A stretch of 64,000 nucleotides of DNA from Selaginella moellendorffii (Eukaryota; Plantae; Lycopodiophyta): positions 767,497 to 831,496 of the forward strand of contig NW_003314293.1 of the NCBI RefSeq assembly GCF_000143415.4, given 5' to 3'. Below the pieces are notes generated by a model that did not search any database, had not been told where the DNA came from, and saw only the letters and a list, made by a program, of their open reading frames with translations. Both the position numbers and the translations under genes were made by a program. Shown here in pieces: positions 59,069 to 64,000 of this stretch (its first letter is position 1; each line of letters begins with the position of its first letter).

Positions 59069-61419
59069 GTATGGCCTTAGTGTAATGGGCTGATATGTCG
59101 GTGGTACCTTAGGGTGTCGGTCATGGGATCGGACACGTGGAGCACTTGGACCAAGTGCAAAGGTTGAGTGGCATGGATGTCATTCTTAGGGATAGCAAGC
59201 CCCAAGTCCGGAATAGGACTTACGGAGGTTATGAGTGAGACTCCTTCAAGTGGTCGGAGGTGTGGTTAAGTGACTAAAATAGAATGGAAAAATTAGTCAC
59301 TTACAATTTGGTATCAAAGCTATTCCTTAGTCTGACTACTATTGGTGCTCAAGTATATCACCATTGGTGTTGGCATCGGAAGGTCCTAGGAGTGGGCCTA
59401 TCCTTGAGGAGTAGTAGGTCAGGAAGACATACCTCTCCACTATAGTTCATGTGGGAATTTATAGGCAAGATGGTGGATAGAAAAGGGGTAATAAAGGAAC
59501 GACTTTGGGATCTTGGGAACAGTATAAGGTTTTCCTTAGAGAGTTGAGTATGTGATCCAAATGAACGTTTGACCCAGCAAACTGGCTAATGTAATTGTGG
59601 TAAACAACTATAGTTGGGATCACGGGAAGATAAAGACTCCAAAACAATAAAGGGGTCACAAGATTATCCTTATATAGTTGAGATTGGTGCTCATGAACTT
59701 AAGACTAGAATTAATGACCGTAGGAGGTCAAATACAGAAGAGGACACAAATCCTTGAAATGGTAGCCAGGGTTACCCTTAATAAATGCTAAAACAACCCA
59801 AGGGATTTGGGGTGTGCTCAGAGGATGAGTCAGTATTCTCATCATATGGACGGATAGTCCTAAGGGGCAAAAGCAGCCCACAAGGAATGGAAAATAATCG
59901 AGTGTCGAAGTAACACTTGCATGAATGGTCTTTATAAGTGGGACATGAATACAAGAAGTTGTATTCTAACGAGCTAGCATCTCAAAATGGGACCTTATAG
60001 GTCGTCGATTAGTGAAGTCCAAAAAACTAGATGATTCGAGTCAAGAAATGGTCCTAAAGAACTGGTGGAAGCATTTGGACTGAGGTGTGTTGTACCCCAC
60101 GAAGGATGGGGAGGATCATAATATCCAAGTATGAGAACAATGGGTATCTCATTGATGGTAGAATGAGCCATACTAAAGTTGTGGGAAAGAGGTTCCCAGA
60201 GGAAAGCAATTTTGACATAAAGTTGTGTGTAAACTATATGGTGTAATATGAACGAACAGTTGGTATGAGAAACGACTATATTGGTCTTGGCAAAAACCTA
60301 GACACAAGTAAGAAGTGTTATAAAGGTAGGCTCGTGAAGCTGATGGTGTGGAAACACCGAATATGCCAAAGCATGATGCCTTGAGGTCCAGTTGGTGGGT
60401 TCACGAGAACTCCTTCCCAAAGGAATCTTAATGGAATGAGAATGGCATAGCCTAAGCTGGAAGGCATATAGTTGGAGTGTGGTGACCCAGATAATGATGG
60501 AGGTGTGAAAGCATCAGCAATGAGTTGTAGGACTTGACTACTATGAGGCAACTAAACAAAAGGTGTAAAATAATTAGTTAAACTAGTAGAAGGTAGCTAC
60601 CTAAGACTTCTTAATGGCATAAATAAGTTAAATATACCCTTATAGGGGATAGAATTGTTTATGTTGCGATATAGTAAGTTAATGTCGTAAAAGGGAATGC
60701 TCATTGTCAAAGAGGCCATCATTGGGACACCCAAACACTCTAAAACACCAGAAGGTGGTGTTTGGTGTCGCAAGGGCAATAGATAAGGCCCAAGGGATTA
60801 AGTCCCTAGCGAATAATGGATAGAAGATGCTATCTAAATGTCCAAAGTTGCGGAGATGAGAGAAGACTATCTACCCGAATTGGACAAAGCCAAAAATGAA
60901 ATTTTGGCAAAGCTAGTGATAAGCATATAAAGGCCCATAAATAGCAACGTTAATCCCAGTGTGTGGAATTATAAGATGACCATACCCGGATTGAGGAACC
61001 ACTCCTTAAGCTATCGGATAGGTTCATCTCTATGAATATTTGCTAAGGCATGGTAGAAAATGCAAAGTTATCCTCCTAGTCTGGAGGCGAATAACCGAAG
61101 GAAATGTGTAAGGCCGAAAACAAGTAATAAGGGGATAGAACCAAACCATAAGAATCGAAGAGCATAACCAAGAGTGGTTATGTCAATTGAGAGTGGAAAA
61201 TCAAATGGGCGCTCAAGCATGTTATTACTAGCAACTGTGGTGCCATGGAGAGTCTAAAGCATGGAATTGTCCATGTTAGACCATATGGCAATTAGAAAAC
61301 TTGCAAAAGGAGAGGCCTTAACAAGCTAAGGGATAGAGTTCTTTCAAGGTTCCCAAAGACAATTTTAGGTAGCTTAATACCTAAAAAGCCAAATGTATAT
61401 GGTTTATAGAACGTGTGAA

Positions 61420-61446
61420 ATCAGAGTGGTGCAGCAGAAGTGTGGT
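61420..61446 (+). pseudogene. 5' fragment of initiator tRNA-Met inside the old LTR element
   Basis: ATCAGAGTGGTGCAGCAGAAGTGTGGT matches the first 27 nt of tRNA-iMet. Confidence 0.65.
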
Positions 61447-63062
61447 CTTGAAGTTTGTCATAAGGCAATGCTATCAAGGTTGGGGAAGTAATTCCCAAGT
61501 GTTCAAAGGGATGGCTTTAAACGAAAGTCGATGGTCAAGGACTTTCACGCTTATGTATGAAACCATGTTACGTTGGTCAAATGACTTACTAAGCAAGATT
61601 GGCAAGTCAAGGGAACAAATCCCCTAGTTGAAGGTGCTAATTTCAAAAAGGGTGGCCCATGGGGCCAAGCATGGAGGAGTCCATGCATGATCACAAACTT
61701 GTTAAGTGAGAGGACTTGGTAATGTGGAGGAACTAGGTTCTTAAGCTGTGATTTGTAGCATGCTTTAAGTATAAGTTGGTGCATCAGCATAGGGAGACAC
61801 GCTAGGCATCCTGTGTGATACCATCTGTAGATGTATATACGGAGGTTGGGTTCGAGTCCCAACTCACTAGGGCGAGGTGATGGTTTGGAATATGAGGACA
61901 CTCATTTTTTGGTGGTCATGGACTCTTAGTAAGTAGACTAGCTTGGGCACACCGCCAAGCAAGGGATGCCCCAGAGTCATGATGTACGGTTAGATTGCTT
62001 AGTGTGAAAAATCAATATATTTAAATTGAACACTTTGGTGCAAATGGCACCAAGGATGTGGTGAATGAGATGGGGACACCCAGTCTTAGTTGCTATGGAC
62101 CCTTGGCCAGAAGGGCTGACTTGGGTGCACCGTCGAGTATGGGGGATGCCTCTGGGGTTATGGTAAACAATTTAAAGGTTTAGAAGACTTAATATCTATT
62201 AGCAAACCTATTAAGGTGCCAAGGTTTGATCACTAGGTGATCTTATGGCTAAAACAAAGATAAGGTTCTTATGAAGTTAAAGGATAAGGTTCCTAATTCA
62301 AAGTGTTGATTTGAACTATTGATGATGATGTGGCTTGGTTAAAGTGACCAAATGGGAAGGACACCTAAGGGAAATGAGTTATGTCAATGCGATGGCATAG
62401 TGAGTTTGAAGAAAGTAGTCTTTATAAGAGACCCATGGGAGGGTCACAAAGTTGGGCCGTGGATAGAACCCACAATAGAAGATGTTAAAAAGACATACTA
62501 GGGGTGAACACCCTCTAGACTTGGCAAAACAAAGTCTTTACTATAAAACTGAAAGGACATCTTGAGAATGGAAGTAATGATCCTTTATTGCTAGGTGCAA
62601 TAATCAAGGATAGGAGCAAAAAACTAGTGGCTAAGAAAAGAGCCATGGGAATCATGGGATAGAACCCAAATGGCACAGTTAGGCCAGGAACACTAATGTG
62701 TTGAATGCTAATAAATTGTGGGAAAGACAATGTGTTTCCAAGGATGGATTCCCAATTGCTCTAATTTAGCAAAAGTGGAAGCTCCAAGAGAGGGAGCAGT
62801 AAGGTAGCCAAATGATAGGGCCATGAATTGCCCTAGCACAAATTATAATAACTGGAACTTAGTGCCAAATGTGGCACAAAATAGAAAAGAGGACAATGGT
62901 GCCCTCAAGTAAAGAACTTCCTAGGATGGAGAAGTGGAGAAAAAAAGTCAAGAGCGGGAATGAAACTCCCAACGAAGTGCTTGAGGAATAAGCACGAAGC
63001 AAACAATAAGTGAATCTCTAGAAAAGGGACACAAGAGGACTAGCATATGACATGTGGAAGTA

Positions 63063-63410
63063 TCCGAGATGGAGTCCAAGGAGTCCAAGATGGACCCGAG
63101 ATGGAGTTCGAGATGGACCCGAGATGGAGTCCGACATGGACCCGAGATGAAGTCCGACATGGACCCGAGATGGAGTCTGAGATGGACCCGAGATGGAGTT
63201 CGAGATGGACCTAAGATGGAGTCCAAGATGGACCCGAGATGGAGTCCGAGATGGACCCAAGATGGAGTCCGAGATGGAGTCTGAGATGGAACCAAGACTG
63301 AGACCGAGACCGAGACCGAGACTAAGTCCAAGTCCAAGTCCGAGACCGAGACCAAGACTGAGTCCGAGTCTGAGTCTGAGGCTGAGTCCAAGTCCGAGTC
63401 TGAGTCCGAA
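63063..63410 (+). repeat. 11/12-bp (GAGATGGACCC / GAGATGGAGTCC) then 6-bp (GAGACC / GAGTCC) tandem array within the LTR; equivalents at 40793-41172 and 49924-50292, related arrays at 52325-52590 and 58712-58977
   Basis: Directly visible periodicity. Confidence 0.9.
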
Positions 63411-64000
63411 TACTAATACAAACTGTTGGGTAAAAGCCCAAAGCAATCGTCCCCCATGGGGGGGGGGGGGGCGGGGGGCAGGTGCAAGGGGTTCCAAAAG
63501 TATAGTAGGGAGAGTCTAGGGGTTGGAGCCCAGTGGAGCCAATTTGGCTAGGAAAGGCCAGTTTGGCCCAGGAAGGCTGTACCCAGGTGTTGGGTGATGA
63601 GCTGACCACTGGGAAGTCCAACACTAGAGTGAATACGGACCGACAAGCAGGGTAGCTTGGTGAAGTGTTCAAGAGCCAGCTTTACTTCCCCCGGGAGATC
63701 AAATGGTTGATGAGTCCAAGTGTGGGTGGCACTACCTACTCAGATACTTGGCATGGCTCAACAGAACCTCGCTTTAAACCCGTGGCTAGAGCACCCAAAG
63801 GCAAAAGGCAGGGAGAGTACCTAGGTGGCTCGCGTAAGGCCACGGTGTTCCAAAATGTTGCCCCAAAGTCCCAGACTGTGGGAAGGAAGAGGAGCAGACC
63901 TCTGGCATAGTGACTAAGGACATAGTCACATTGTGAGGAAGTCTCAGAGGACCATGGGACTTAGTGGTCAGGCATGTGGGCTTTGATCTAGTGGCAGTGT

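Larger units (their letters stand above)
49691..64000 (+). mobile_element. Older, degenerate LTR element (non-coding interior, LARD-like) hosting the young chromovirus in its 5' LTR; runs off the window end
   Basis: The LTR ends ...CACTTACA at 59305, followed by ATT and PBS TGGTATCAAAGC (59309-59320). 50790-51320 is colinear with 63475-64000, and 49802-50330 with 62943-63425. No long ORF in 59.3-62.9 kb. Continuity across the N gap is unproven. Confidence 0.7.

Overview
Eukaryotic nuclear DNA from a plant with a compact genome. Short introns (~50-60 nt), several PLS/DYW PPR genes and an ATAT1 gene point to the lycophyte Selaginella (inferred). About 1-35 kb is gene-dense: MAK-type kinase, three PPR genes (two with DYW domains), LOV/LOV protein, AWPM-19, a secreted Hedgehog-type Hint/Hog protein, UMAMIT/WAT1 transporter, alpha-tubulin acetyltransferase, LORELEI-like protein, RSA1/CCAR1-like protein, a Crinkler-like NTPase-nuclease, pseudogenes and a mosaic of gene fragments. 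About 38.7-64 kb is a nest of LTR retrotransposons. The main finding is a very young, complete Ty3/gypsy chromovirus (51532-59068, near-identical LTRs, 5-bp TSD). Its integrase is split by two short GT-AG introns, and removing them restores the D(35)E triad and the GPY/F-chromodomain frame. Other notable items are a Hog protein with only ~4 residues ahead of the autocatalytic Cys, a decayed DNA amino-methyltransferase-like gene among the TEs, an LTR with ~90-bp inverted termini, and a GPI-less LLG. All calls come from manual reading and translation; no database searches were run.
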